IMG/VR virus record: IMGVR_UViG_3300047489_000453
Location: 1 to 64,000 of that record
Direction: 5' to 3' (one strand)
DNA length: 64,000 nucleotides
Source: a virus
The translations under genes and the position numbers were made by a program. The notes below the pieces were generated by a model, which did not search any database, was not told where the DNA came from, and was given only the letters and a program-made list of their open reading frames with translations. Within the stretch, counting starts at the first letter, position 1; the number at the start of each line of letters is the position of its first letter. Below, in pieces: positions 38,324 to 47,680 of this stretch.

Positions 38324-39622
38324 TTAACCAATTATGTCACGAATGCATGATTTAATCTGGTCACGGAGAGCCCTCTGCTGAGCAGTCTTGGCTTCTGTAA
38401 CCCTAAACTTACCAGCTTTAATCTGGTTGTCCCTAACAGACTTGGCTTGCTTAATTAACTTAATAAGCCCAACTGTTTCGGGGTCAGATTTTTTAGCTGA
38501 TCCCATTTTAGGCATTGCTGCGGCGTCTGCGCCTGCTTCTGGCCCGCCTGCACCGCCTTCAACCATTTGAAGCAACTGGGCAGGGTCGACGCCTTGTTCC
38601 TGAAGAGCCATAAGAAGTTCTTGAACAGCGTCTCCTTCTGGAGCGCCTTCAGGCATACCGCCAGGAGCGGCTTCTTCGCCGGCCATCTGAGAAAGTAGCG
38701 CTGGATCAATGTCCATGCCGCCTTCTTCAGAAGCGTGCTCAGCGGCTTCTTCTTCTGGGCTTTCAGAGCTTTCTTGTTCTGGCGATTCATGGGTCTCTTC
38801 GCTAGAGCCACCGGCTGCCTCGCCCTCAGCGGCGGCTTTGTAAAAAGACTGGAGGTATGCTCCTACCATTGCAGCCTTTTCAAGCCCATCAGCGATAGTC
38901 GACTCTAAAGAACCAGATACAGCGGCATGAGCAGCTTTAACTAGCTCAGCTTGATCTTGTTCTGTCAAAGAAGCGGCGGCCTGGCCAGCTCTAGCAGCTG
39001 CCATCTTAGGTTCTTCTTTCTTCTTGCCTGCCCTGAGTGCAGCAAGGTCAGAACCTTCGATTTTGCCGTTATTATTCACGTCGAGCTTGGGCTGATCGCC
39101 TTTAAGCTCTTTTTTTTCTTCTGCCTTTTCTTCTGCAGCAGATTCTTCAGCGCTCTTGATGATATCAGCAAGAATGTTGTTGGCCTTATCTGCGGCTAAT
39201 TTTCGAAGTTGACCGTAGCTAAGCGAGCTATATTTTTCGCCTTCGCCAGCCTTGGCAGCATGATCAGTGCCTGGGTCATCTTTCTTTTCTTTATAGTTAT
39301 CTTCGTTAGAAGGATCTTCACCAGTAGCGGTGCTGGTAATACCAACATTGTGCTGCTGGTCTGCTTGGGCAGGAGCCTTGTCTGCAGCAGAGTCTACTCC
39401 GCCTGCAGGAATGGTGTCCTTAACGTCACCAGTATTTTCTTGTGACCTTTTTCCTTCCGAGGCTGGAAGGGTACCGTCGTCCTGGCTTTTGCTAGGATGA
39501 GTAGTAGGTCCGCCTTGAGCGGTTGTCTCGGTGTTGGCCTCTGCACGTTTCTTAACAGAAGCTTGTTTTTCATTTTCAACTTCTGCTAAAAAATCTCGCA
39601 GCTGATCGAATAGCTGAGGCAT
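38324..39622 (-). CDS. Putative prohead scaffold/core protein (acidic, low complexity)
   Basis: Directly after the protease; many K-x-A sites; EF-hand-like LDVNNNGKIEGSDLAALR motif. Confidence 0.55.
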   Translation of the reverse strand: MPQLFDQLRDFLAEVENEKQASVKKRAEANTETTAQGGPTTHPSKSQDDGTLPASEGKRSQENTGDVKDTIPAGGVDSAADKAPAQADQQHNVGITSTATGEDPSNEDNYKEKKDDPGTDHAAKAGEGEKYSSLSYGQLRKLAADKANNILADIIKSAEESAAEEKAEEKKELKGDQPKLDVNNNGKIEGSDLAALRAGKKKEEPKMAAARAGQAAASLTEQDQAELVKAAHAAVSGSLESTIADGLEKAAMVGAYLQSFYKAAAEGEAAGGSSEETHESPEQESSESPEEEAAEHASEEGGMDIDPALLSQMAGEEAAPGGMPEGAPEGDAVQELLMALQEQGVDPAQLLQMVEGGAGGPEAGADAAAMPKMGSAKKSDPETVGLIKLIKQAKSVRDNQIKAGKFRVTEAKTAQQRALRDQIKSCIRDIIG

Positions 39623-39736
39623 GTTAAATTTACTCCTATATCGTCGCCGGCATGACCTAACGTTAAGGGTTCCCTTAACTTATTGCTAGTACTGTAATGT
39701 CACGCCTTTTCAAATTGTGTACAGTACTTCAAAAGT

Positions 39737-39762
39737 GTGCAAGACCATCTTGCACTTTTTTT
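39737..39762. terminator. Hairpin terminator downstream of the prohead protease
   Basis: GTGCAAGA-CCA-TCTTGCAC followed by T7 on the + strand and by ACTTTT on the - strand. Confidence 0.6.
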
Positions 39763-39775
39763 GGTGCTTTTGATG

Positions 39776-41215
39776 CTATTGCATATTATTGTAAGCCACG
39801 ACAGCCCTTCCGAAACCTAATTCTTGGTCTTCGGATTTAGCTGCGGCTTTGATCCATTGTAGCTGATTAATAGCGTATGCCTTGGCTAATTCAGCGTATT
39901 TCTCAGAGTATTCAGCTTCTTTTTCTAAACCTGTGTTAGCCTTTGGAGCTGAAGTTCCCGACAATATCAGTTTAGATATACCGGCTGACAGGGCTGCTGT
40001 CTTTATAGAAAGAGAATTAGATGCCTTAGCGGCTTCTAATTGCTGCCTTTCACTGGAAATAAGATTATATGGGTTAGATCTCCTGTCCGAAGCCGCCTTC
40101 TCAATAGTGGAGACGTCTCCAATAAGCTTGCTAAAAATATTAGGAAGATATTTTTTAACTTCAGACGCTACTTTTTCGTGTCCTTTAGCTAGCAGCCAGT
40201 CCTCTAAGGAAATCATAATACCGTTCGAGGCACAAGCAGCCCAGGGGTAGGAAACGCTTGCTGAGGCTTGTTTCCAGAAAGTTATAGGCTTAATTCTGTC
40301 TTTGATGGCGCTGTAAAAGGCCGAATGACCTTCCATGCACTTCTTTTCAAGCTCAGCGAGCTTTCTTGACAGGCTGGCTAGTTTTATTGATTCGCCGGTA
40401 AGATCACTTGCCCAAACTCCATCAGGAGCTTCTATTCCAGCCATTTCGGCCAGCTCAGCTCCGCCAGCTACATATAACCCAGAAGCTGCCTTATAATGAC
40501 CAACAACCCAAGCGATTCTATCAGCAGGCCTATAAACATCGCTGATATCAAACCAAGTAGGGTTAGGGTTGTCGACATGCAGTACATGACCGTCTTCGGC
40601 GACTTTTGTGAGGTTAATCCTGCAACCACCATAATCGCAATTATCTTCAGTACAGTACTCATCCCTATTTCTCGCCTTGTTTCCACAGCCTGAACATACG
40701 TCGTAGGCTACTTTACAAGCCATACTTACGCCCCAGTTATCATCACCTGAGGCAATCTTCTGCATTTCTTTATCTGCTAATAAGCCACCATTTCTAGCTG
40801 CCGCTTCTTTTGTGGCGTTTAAAGCAACTATCAGCTCAACTCTTTTCATCTTATCGTTGAACATCGAGGCTTTAACTAAGCCATAACTTGTTTTAGGGTC
40901 TTTATTCTTATGGTTTCTATACCACCTGGCGTGCTTTACAAAAGTGTCGTGGTATTTACGGCAGGTAGCTTCTTTGAACCCGTCGCCATTACGATTAGGG
41001 CCGTAGGCCTCTGTAGCACCGATGGCGATCATATGAATAGGCTGTTCGCCTGGCTTAAACTCTATACCTTTAAGCATGTGGGCGGCTTCTGCTCCGGCTC
41101 TTTTTACAAAGCTGGACAAGTCTGTTCCTACCAAACCTTTTGATGATACTTTTATCAACGAGCTTACAGAGTCACCAAAGTCTTGTGAATGAGGCGTTAT
41201 AACCTTGATCATCAT
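39776..41215 (-). CDS. Prohead (capsid maturation) protease
   Basis: NRNGDGF, YRNHKNKD, GVSMACKVAYDVCSGCGN, WFDISDVYRPADRIA; upstream of scaffold and capsid genes; C-terminal half is rich in K-x-A. Confidence 0.75.
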   Translation of the reverse strand: MMIKVITPHSQDFGDSVSSLIKVSSKGLVGTDLSSFVKRAGAEAAHMLKGIEFKPGEQPIHMIAIGATEAYGPNRNGDGFKEATCRKYHDTFVKHARWYRNHKNKDPKTSYGLVKASMFNDKMKRVELIVALNATKEAAARNGGLLADKEMQKIASGDDNWGVSMACKVAYDVCSGCGNKARNRDEYCTEDNCDYGGCRINLTKVAEDGHVLHVDNPNPTWFDISDVYRPADRIAWVVGHYKAASGLYVAGGAELAEMAGIEAPDGVWASDLTGESIKLASLSRKLAELEKKCMEGHSAFYSAIKDRIKPITFWKQASASVSYPWAACASNGIMISLEDWLLAKGHEKVASEVKKYLPNIFSKLIGDVSTIEKAASDRRSNPYNLISSERQQLEAAKASNSLSIKTAALSAGISKLILSGTSAPKANTGLEKEAEYSEKYAELAKAYAINQLQWIKAAAKSEDQELGFGRAVVAYNNMQ

Positions 41216-41244
41216 GGCGGTGTCTCCTTTTGATACCTATTTAA

Positions 41245-41967
41245 TTAGTAAGGAAGTCCTATAAAATCTATGCCAGGGTTTCGTTTACTTGGCTTAGTAA
41301 TGTCTATAGGTTCAGGAGGCGCGACCAACTTATTATTTTTTTTAATTACTGGCGGAAGCATATTATTGCCTCGACGACCGAGTTTATTTGGAGGCAAATC
41401 GTCGGCTGTAAAAGGATCAGCAGTGTCTGGGTTTTGACCTAGTAATTTACCTCTAGACGGATTGCCTTCTGGTAAATTTTTGTATTTATCACTAATTTCT
41501 TGTTTTTGAGTTTCTTTTCGTATTTTCTCAGCTTCTTCCTGCATTTTCTCATTAGTGTCAAATTTCTTTGGAGGAGGTGTTTCTTCTGGTTCCTTTTTCT
41601 CGAACAATGACTTCTTTAATTCTTTTGCTTTTTCTCTTAGTTTACTAAACCCAGAAGTAATTTCTGAGCCTGGGTCAATATTGAATAAAGACTTAGACAT
41701 GTATCCAGCTGTAGCGCCTGGAACTGCGCCCAATAAGGCCCCTTTTAATATATCATTAATTGTAACTTTGTTACGGTTCTTTGCTGCAGAAATGGCGCCC
41801 CCAATTCCTCCAGCGCCTGACCCTAGCAAAGCGCCAACTAAGGCAGCCTTAAGATCTGGATTGCTTAGAATAGAAAGGTCTAGAGCTTGCTTCTCAGCGT
41901 AAGCCTCATTAATAATCCTAATAGCCTCTTCAGGAGTTTTATCGACAATCTTGTCAACCAGGCTCAT
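41245..41967 (-). CDS. Glycine-zipper protein (putative internal/ejection protein)
   Basis: EKQA followed by ALVGALLGSGAGGIGGAI and GALLGAVPGATAG. Confidence 0.55.
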   Translation of the reverse strand: MSLVDKIVDKTPEEAIRIINEAYAEKQALDLSILSNPDLKAALVGALLGSGAGGIGGAISAAKNRNKVTINDILKGALLGAVPGATAGYMSKSLFNIDPGSEITSGFSKLREKAKELKKSLFEKKEPEETPPPKKFDTNEKMQEEAEKIRKETQKQEISDKYKNLPEGNPSRGKLLGQNPDTADPFTADDLPPNKLGRRGNNMLPPVIKKNNKLVAPPEPIDITKPSKRNPGIDFIGLPY

Positions 41968-42002
41968 GTCAGTCTCCGTTAAATAAATTAGAACTTGTAG
42001 TT

Positions 42003-43457
42003 CTATCTTCTGAACTTGGGTCTAATAGTTCTTACTGGGTAGGCCGCTTCTCTTTCCGGTCTCTTGTAAGACTCCATCTCTAACATCTGGCTTACATCAA
42101 ATGGATCAATAGCGGCAGTTCCGCCTTCTAGTCTTTTTCTAAGAAGGGGGCGCATAATAGCAGTGTTATGGATCGACTCAGGCATTATTTTGCCTATTTC
42201 ATTAAAATGAAAAGTAACATCTTCTGGATGATGAGACGATATGATTTCATCGTTTGTAAGAAGATCTGCTAATGCTGAGGTCGCCCTAATATTTTTAAGG
42301 GCCTGGTTTTGCATAAGCTGATCAACATCGAACTTATAATCGTCTGCATCTTTACCGGAATTGCTGTCTAGTTTAGAAGTCATACCTGTCAGGCCTTTAA
42401 AGGCACCGCCATATATCTTGTTAAGGCCTCTATTATACTTACTTTCACTACCAAACGTGTCAGTAAGTTCTGGATAAATTTTCCTATTTTCGGTGCCGTA
42501 TTCCCACCATGTTCGTTCTCGTGGTCGTCGTCTGGCTTCTTTATTAATTCCGTCTAATACGGACCCATTGCTATCAAGGTCAGGCAAAGAGTCTTTATAC
42601 CCCTCGGTAAGGGCAGATTTAGCCAATCCGTTTAAAAACTCTGATGAGGCTTTTTTATTTACATAAACATCAGCGGTTTCTATGCAGTTCTTAATTGATT
42701 TATATGGCTCTTCGTCAATGTTTACAGGAGCCATAATATCATTAACTGTGCCTGCTTGCTTTTTTAGATGCCTATTAGACGACTCAATAATATCAAGCAA
42801 GGACGAAGCTTTCTTTCCAAATAGCCTTTGGCTGTTATCTTTTACCACTAGAAATGGCTTAGATCCAAATGATCTAAAATAACTGGCAAGCTTGGATATG
42901 CCCTCCATTATCTTGTCTCTTTCCCTGGCAGACTCAGATCTCATCTTATCTGCCGCGCTTCCAAGCTTTTCTATTAATGAATTAATTGTTCTGATGTTAA
43001 CTTCGTCTGCTTGAATTTCTTTTTTGGCCGCTTCTTTTACCAATGGAGGTAAGTTAGGAAGAGTATGGCTTGCTGTTTTTTCTGGCGGCCTGCTGTACGC
43101 ATCTGATACAGATTTATCTTTTAAAGCCTCTGCAGCAGATTTGATTTTGGAAGGATACATGATATCCATAACGGTCTTTGGATCGGCTAGCTCAAATTCA
43201 GCTAGCTTTTCATGCGGCTCGGCGCCAGATTGCCTTTGGGCCTCGCTTCTTCCAACGTTAAAAGCCCTAACCATGAGCTCCACGTGGCCCACGGGAATTC
43301 CGTTTGCCGAAGCTGTTTTGGCTATTGCCTCATTAGGGTTTTCGCCAGAGTTTACAAGCTCGGCTACCTCACTTAATGAGTTGGTAATTTTAACTTCCGC
43401 TTCCTTGCTGAGCCTAGATGTTGCCATCGGCCTTGGCCTCCGGTAATTTAATGCCAA
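42003..43457 (-). CDS. Putative internal head protein with many K-x-A motifs (likely start ATG 43427)
   Basis: SKEA, AKTAS, IKSAA, EKTAS, VKEAA, SKLAS, KKAS, KKQA, NKEA. Confidence 0.55.
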   Translation of the reverse strand: MALNYRRPRPMATSRLSKEAEVKITNSLSEVAELVNSGENPNEAIAKTASANGIPVGHVELMVRAFNVGRSEAQRQSGAEPHEKLAEFELADPKTVMDIMYPSKIKSAAEALKDKSVSDAYSRPPEKTASHTLPNLPPLVKEAAKKEIQADEVNIRTINSLIEKLGSAADKMRSESARERDKIMEGISKLASYFRSFGSKPFLVVKDNSQRLFGKKASSLLDIIESSNRHLKKQAGTVNDIMAPVNIDEEPYKSIKNCIETADVYVNKKASSEFLNGLAKSALTEGYKDSLPDLDSNGSVLDGINKEARRRPRERTWWEYGTENRKIYPELTDTFGSESKYNRGLNKIYGGAFKGLTGMTSKLDSNSGKDADDYKFDVDQLMQNQALKNIRATSALADLLTNDEIISSHHPEDVTFHFNEIGKIMPESIHNTAIMRPLLRKRLEGGTAAIDPFDVSQMLEMESYKRPEREAAYPVRTIRPKFRR

Positions 43458-44352
43458 CTAATTTATCCAAAACCTCTTCGTTTCCGTTAGCGATCATTAG
43501 TGCTTCGCTAGCTCTCGGTTCTGCGGCATTGCTGTCATTAGCAATCCAGTCAATCGCAGAGTTCTCTTTAACCTGAGATCCAGTAGTAACCACTGACGAT
43601 ATAGCGTCCATAAAGCTTCCAAGGATATTAGCGTTAGAAGCTTTTGAGCTAATAGAAGGCGCAGTGAGTGTAATCTCTTTATTTTTTTGATGTAACTGCA
43701 ATATCTGAACTTGGTTCCAGCTATTAGTGGAAACAATTTTAGAGCTTTGCAGTGCTTTTCTAAGCATGTTCACATCAATTTCCTTTTCGGCCCAGGCTAT
43801 GGCTTCGTCACTATCTTTAGAGTGTAGCAGCCAATCTAACTTTTCAGAGCCGTGAAAGTATCCGCATAGCTTCCAAATAATATCCAAATCTCTTTCAGTA
43901 GCACCTATAAACGCCGCCTTGCCCATGGCGTGGTGTACAATCCATGACGCATTGTCCAGTCTATCAGAAACATTAAAGAATAAACTCTCAAACCACTTTA
44001 TAACTTTCTTGGATAAAGACATATGCCTGCTTATGGTAGCTATATCTTCTCTGGCAAGAATGCGGGCCTCTAATTCCCATCTTGTTAATCTACCGTCTGG
44101 TTGGGAATAAATGGCGTAGGCGTCGGCAAGGCTCTGATTAAATATGCATTTTGTAACATATTCCCATGGGCTATCGACGTCATTCATTAGGTGAATAAAC
44201 TTCCAGGCTGCAGCAACCAGCTTATCTTCTGAAAACCTGTCTGGAGTTCTACCGGCTTCTATAATTGCTGAAGCGCGCCGCCAGCGCCAATCTACCGGCC
44301 TTAACGGGCTAGACTTCCTATAGTTACCAAGTTCAGCTACTACTACTTCCAT
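43414..44352 (-). CDS. Hypothetical protein (start reassigned to ATG 44352)
   Basis: TAATG coupling to the upstream gene. Confidence 0.6.
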   Translation of the reverse strand: MEVVVAELGNYRKSSPLRPVDWRWRRASAIIEAGRTPDRFSEDKLVAAAWKFIHLMNDVDSPWEYVTKCIFNQSLADAYAIYSQPDGRLTRWELEARILAREDIATISRHMSLSKKVIKWFESLFFNVSDRLDNASWIVHHAMGKAAFIGATERDLDIIWKLCGYFHGSEKLDWLLHSKDSDEAIAWAEKEIDVNMLRKALQSSKIVSTNSWNQVQILQLHQKNKEITLTAPSISSKASNANILGSFMDAISSVVTTGSQVKENSAIDWIANDSNAAEPRASEALMIANGNEEVLDKLVGIKLPEAKADGNI

Positions 44353-44783
44353 TAACCAACGTCGCTCCAGCCTGACAGAGTTATATCCCAAGTAGCTTCT
44401 CCGCTACCTTCTGGCGCAATAGATAGATAAATCTTTCTTTTTCTATCAGATAGCGGGCCGTCCTGATTCTTATAGGCTCGGCCGAACTCGTCTATAAGAG
44501 TTAAATACTCGCCTGCGGTGCCTGCAACACTATTAAAAACTTTATAGGATTCCGGGTCAGCCGAGTAATTGCCTTCTGTGTCAAGGCCGCCAGAAGACGA
44601 GGCTGCTAGAAAGGCCTTCTTAGAATTAAATACGTTTAGTGTAAAGTTTTGAAGGCTATCTCCGCCTACTTGCTTTACTACTATCTTTTTTATGAATCCT
44701 TCTGAAAAGAATCCAAGCTCTAAGTCGGTAGATTCTCCCAACCGGGCAGGAATACTTCTATAGGTTTTTTCATATATACGCAT
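44352..44783 (-). CDS. Hypothetical beta-rich protein
   Basis: 143 aa ORF in the operon, with RBS. Confidence 0.6.
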   Translation of the reverse strand: MRIYEKTYRSIPARLGESTDLELGFFSEGFIKKIVVKQVGGDSLQNFTLNVFNSKKAFLAASSSGGLDTEGNYSADPESYKVFNSVAGTAGEYLTLIDEFGRAYKNQDGPLSDRKRKIYLSIAPEGSGEATWDITLSGWSDVG

Positions 44784-44799
44784 GATTTACCCCTATTTG

Positions 44800-47178
44800 T
44801 TAGTCTGCTTCCAAGCTGATGCCTTCATCAGGATAGGCATCGATAGTTTTTTGTTTTAAGAACAACATAAGGTCGCCTAGCTGCTCAAATGAATTTCTTA
44901 GGCTGTCTTCTAGCTCTGGAAGGTCTTTCTTTCCGTATCTGTCTTCAAACTTGTCTTTATGCCAGTAGAAACTAAACAGTATACGGCCTATTTTATCAAG
45001 ACCTTTCATAAGATCGCCAAGATGATTATCTACCATCGAATCGTCTCTTACAGACTTTACTAAAGATCCGATCATAGAGGTATCAAATACATCTTTCTGG
45101 CCTGCTGTGGCCGCGTTGTATCCGATAGCCATAGTCTTAGGATCAGGAATTTTAGGGTCATACACCGCCGAGTTAGCCTGTAAAGACTGGCTGGACATGG
45201 CTGGAAGAGCTTGCTGCAGAGGATAAGTTGACTTAACGCTGCCAAGCAAGGTCTGCTCCATGCCAGTAGGTTCTACTGGGAATGCCGGGGAAGCGGTTCC
45301 GCCGATCATACTAGGATCGATATTGTCACCCGGCGCTGCTGACTTAATAAGGTCACCAGCATCCTCTTTGATCGGTTTATGTACTCTGTATTCGGCTACT
45401 TTATTAGCCTTAGCTTCGTCCAAAATAATCCTGGCTTGTTTTTCTGTTAACGATACGTCTCTGACTAGGTGAATTAGAGCGCTTTGAGGATCTAATACCC
45501 TGCCGTTAACGTTTACTTCTGACCCAGTATGTCTGACGTTCAAGGACGCTGTTTTTTGATAAATAGCGTGCTGAAGGTCTGTGAGACTTCCTGGAGTTAT
45601 AGAGCCGTTGCCGCAGCAATCATCGTCGTTAAGTTTAATTACCTTAAAATTACCTGGAATATAGAGTTCGCCCTTTATAGCTTTAATTCTTACTCCGGGC
45701 TTATCGGTAACGTAAAGCTTTTTGCCGCCGCCAATAACGCTAAGGTTATCCATATTAAAGTCGCCGTAGGACCCTTTTCGAATCACATGCGGCAAATAGC
45801 TAGGTTTTGACTGAGAAGCCCAGTCATAATACTTAACTCTAAAATTGTTTGTTCCGTCAGAGTTTCCTTCGACTTTTAGAACTTCAAAAGGCACTGAGGC
45901 ATCGCCGCTTTCGCTTACTGCCATGTATACGTTGCCTTTGGTCATAGATTTGATTTCAGACAGGCCTTCAAAGAACTTTTCATAGCTTTGGCCGCTAGTC
46001 TTACTCTCTGGAGCATCTTGCCCCTTATCCCTTGGAGGACGGGTAAAAAGGTTACCTGGGTGACTGTTTATCCAGTTCTTTTCGCCTTCGTAGCTTACAA
46101 CAGTGGCAAATTCCTGTCTGCCTGTTGGGCCGTGCGGCATTAGGAATATTACTGTTTTGAGCATAGAGAAAGGCGAAATAAGAAGATCGTATACGCCAGT
46201 AGTTGGAGGGTTTTCAAGGCTGGTAGGCGCCTGAACTCTATAAGCTATAGCGGTGTCGTCTTTTGTTCTAGCGTCTTGAAAAATTACTCCATCAGTCAAA
46301 AGCTTTTGCTTATCAGCTTCTGGAGAGTCCATTACGCCGTCTGAGGAGGCCGAAAAACTTCTTACTACGATCGTAAGGGCTTTCTTTTCTACATGGCCTA
46401 CAGATGCTGCGCCGTCTAATACGCCTGGGTTCTTAAGTGACTTAAACGTATCTACCGCTTTCTTAAGGAAGTCTTTTCCATAGAACTTATCAATAGCCTC
46501 TGCAATTTTAGGAAACTGCTGGCATGTTTCGATAAGGGCGGTTACCGCTTTTTTATAGCCTTCTTTGCCTCTATTAGCCTCTTTCTTAAAGAAAGAATCT
46601 AAAGTAGTAAGGTTTTTATACTTGGCGTCGTGTTCAGGGTTAGAGCAGGCGTGTTTTGCAAGCTGCCTAAGGCCTTCTCTCATTTCTTTTAAATCGTCAT
46701 TAACAGACGCAAACTTGGCCGGAGGACGGCTAAATGCCTGGAGATCTGGGGAAAGAAATCCAAGTCGAGCCATATTCTGATCGGTTTTCTTGCCTAGGCT
46801 GGCTGGTTTTCTTCGCAGAATATAATTGAGCCAGTTTTCTTTGAGGGGGACAAACTGATCTTGGTCTTTAAGATATAAAAGCTCATGGCCTTTAAGGTCA
46901 CCATTAGAAAAGAAGACAGGAGCATACAGCCACTGTGATCCTACCTTAAACCCAAATATGCCTACAGCCTTGGTGTTATCTTCGTTTCTTTCGAGAAGTT
47001 CAAATCCAACTTCGTAATCTAAAAGGCCTGGCGCTTTATCTTTTAGATAAGCGTGAGCCAGATTGCTAAACGATTGTTCAAATTGCGTATCATTACCTAA
47101 ATCACTTCCGCCCGCTTTTTTTACGAATCCATTAATTGGAGGAAGCTCTACTAAAAACTTATCAGTGTTCTGGCTCAT
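44800..47178 (-). CDS. Large putative virion head protein with K-x-A motifs
   Basis: 792 aa; VKKAG, AKFAS, AKHA, KKEA, EKKA, QKTAS, IKSAA. Confidence 0.5.
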   Translation of the reverse strand: MSQNTDKFLVELPPINGFVKKAGGSDLGNDTQFEQSFSNLAHAYLKDKAPGLLDYEVGFELLERNEDNTKAVGIFGFKVGSQWLYAPVFFSNGDLKGHELLYLKDQDQFVPLKENWLNYILRRKPASLGKKTDQNMARLGFLSPDLQAFSRPPAKFASVNDDLKEMREGLRQLAKHACSNPEHDAKYKNLTTLDSFFKKEANRGKEGYKKAVTALIETCQQFPKIAEAIDKFYGKDFLKKAVDTFKSLKNPGVLDGAASVGHVEKKALTIVVRSFSASSDGVMDSPEADKQKLLTDGVIFQDARTKDDTAIAYRVQAPTSLENPPTTGVYDLLISPFSMLKTVIFLMPHGPTGRQEFATVVSYEGEKNWINSHPGNLFTRPPRDKGQDAPESKTSGQSYEKFFEGLSEIKSMTKGNVYMAVSESGDASVPFEVLKVEGNSDGTNNFRVKYYDWASQSKPSYLPHVIRKGSYGDFNMDNLSVIGGGKKLYVTDKPGVRIKAIKGELYIPGNFKVIKLNDDDCCGNGSITPGSLTDLQHAIYQKTASLNVRHTGSEVNVNGRVLDPQSALIHLVRDVSLTEKQARIILDEAKANKVAEYRVHKPIKEDAGDLIKSAAPGDNIDPSMIGGTASPAFPVEPTGMEQTLLGSVKSTYPLQQALPAMSSQSLQANSAVYDPKIPDPKTMAIGYNAATAGQKDVFDTSMIGSLVKSVRDDSMVDNHLGDLMKGLDKIGRILFSFYWHKDKFEDRYGKKDLPELEDSLRNSFEQLGDLMLFLKQKTIDAYPDEGISLEAD

Positions 47179-47217
47179 ATTCGCAACCTTCCGTGGTTTG
47201 GAAAATGTTATAGAGCT

Positions 47218-47246
47218 ATTATGCTCTTAATTTTTCAATTGCGCAA
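47218..47246 (-). promoter_or_regulatory. Candidate sigma70-type promoter TTGCGC-N17-CATAAT
   Basis: Exact 17-bp spacing in the intergenic region upstream of 47178; the -10 lies within a small inverted repeat AGAGC-ATAATA-GCTCT. Confidence 0.35.
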
Positions 47247-47260
47247 CGATTACGGCGACT

Positions 47261-47680
47261 TTAAGAGTCATAATCCGTAATATTTACATTTAGCAGGCTT
47301 CTAGCCGCTACTCCGCTCTTTATAAAATTTAGGAAGTTTTGAAGATTCCTAATTTCAGCCATCTTAGCATAATTAGTTTGTGAATTAATAGTGGAGACAT
47401 CTCCACGATTAATTTGTTGTACAGGAGAAGGAGGCTGAATGACTGGCTGGGGATTATTAGATTGGGTCGTCACTATAGGCTGACTCTGTACTCTAGGCTG
47501 TATATTAGGGCTAGTATCTACTGACTTTACAGCCACTTCAGAAGGCGGCTTACCCTTAGTGGCCTCGTTTACTTGCAAAGGTTTTAGTGTTTCTTTTTCT
47601 GTTTTAGACTGGGACCCTTCAAGTTTTAAAGACTTGTCGGCCTGCTTCCAGGTAGCCCACTTTTCTAAAAAGGTTTGCAT
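47261..47680 (-). CDS. Low-complexity hypothetical protein with K-x-A motifs
   Basis: TAATG-coupled to the RNAP beta'-C gene; EKWA, WKQA, AKMA. Confidence 0.55.
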   Translation of the reverse strand: MQTFLEKWATWKQADKSLKLEGSQSKTEKETLKPLQVNEATKGKPPSEVAVKSVDTSPNIQPRVQSQPIVTTQSNNPQPVIQPPSPVQQINRGDVSTINSQTNYAKMAEIRNLQNFLNFIKSGVAARSLLNVNITDYDS

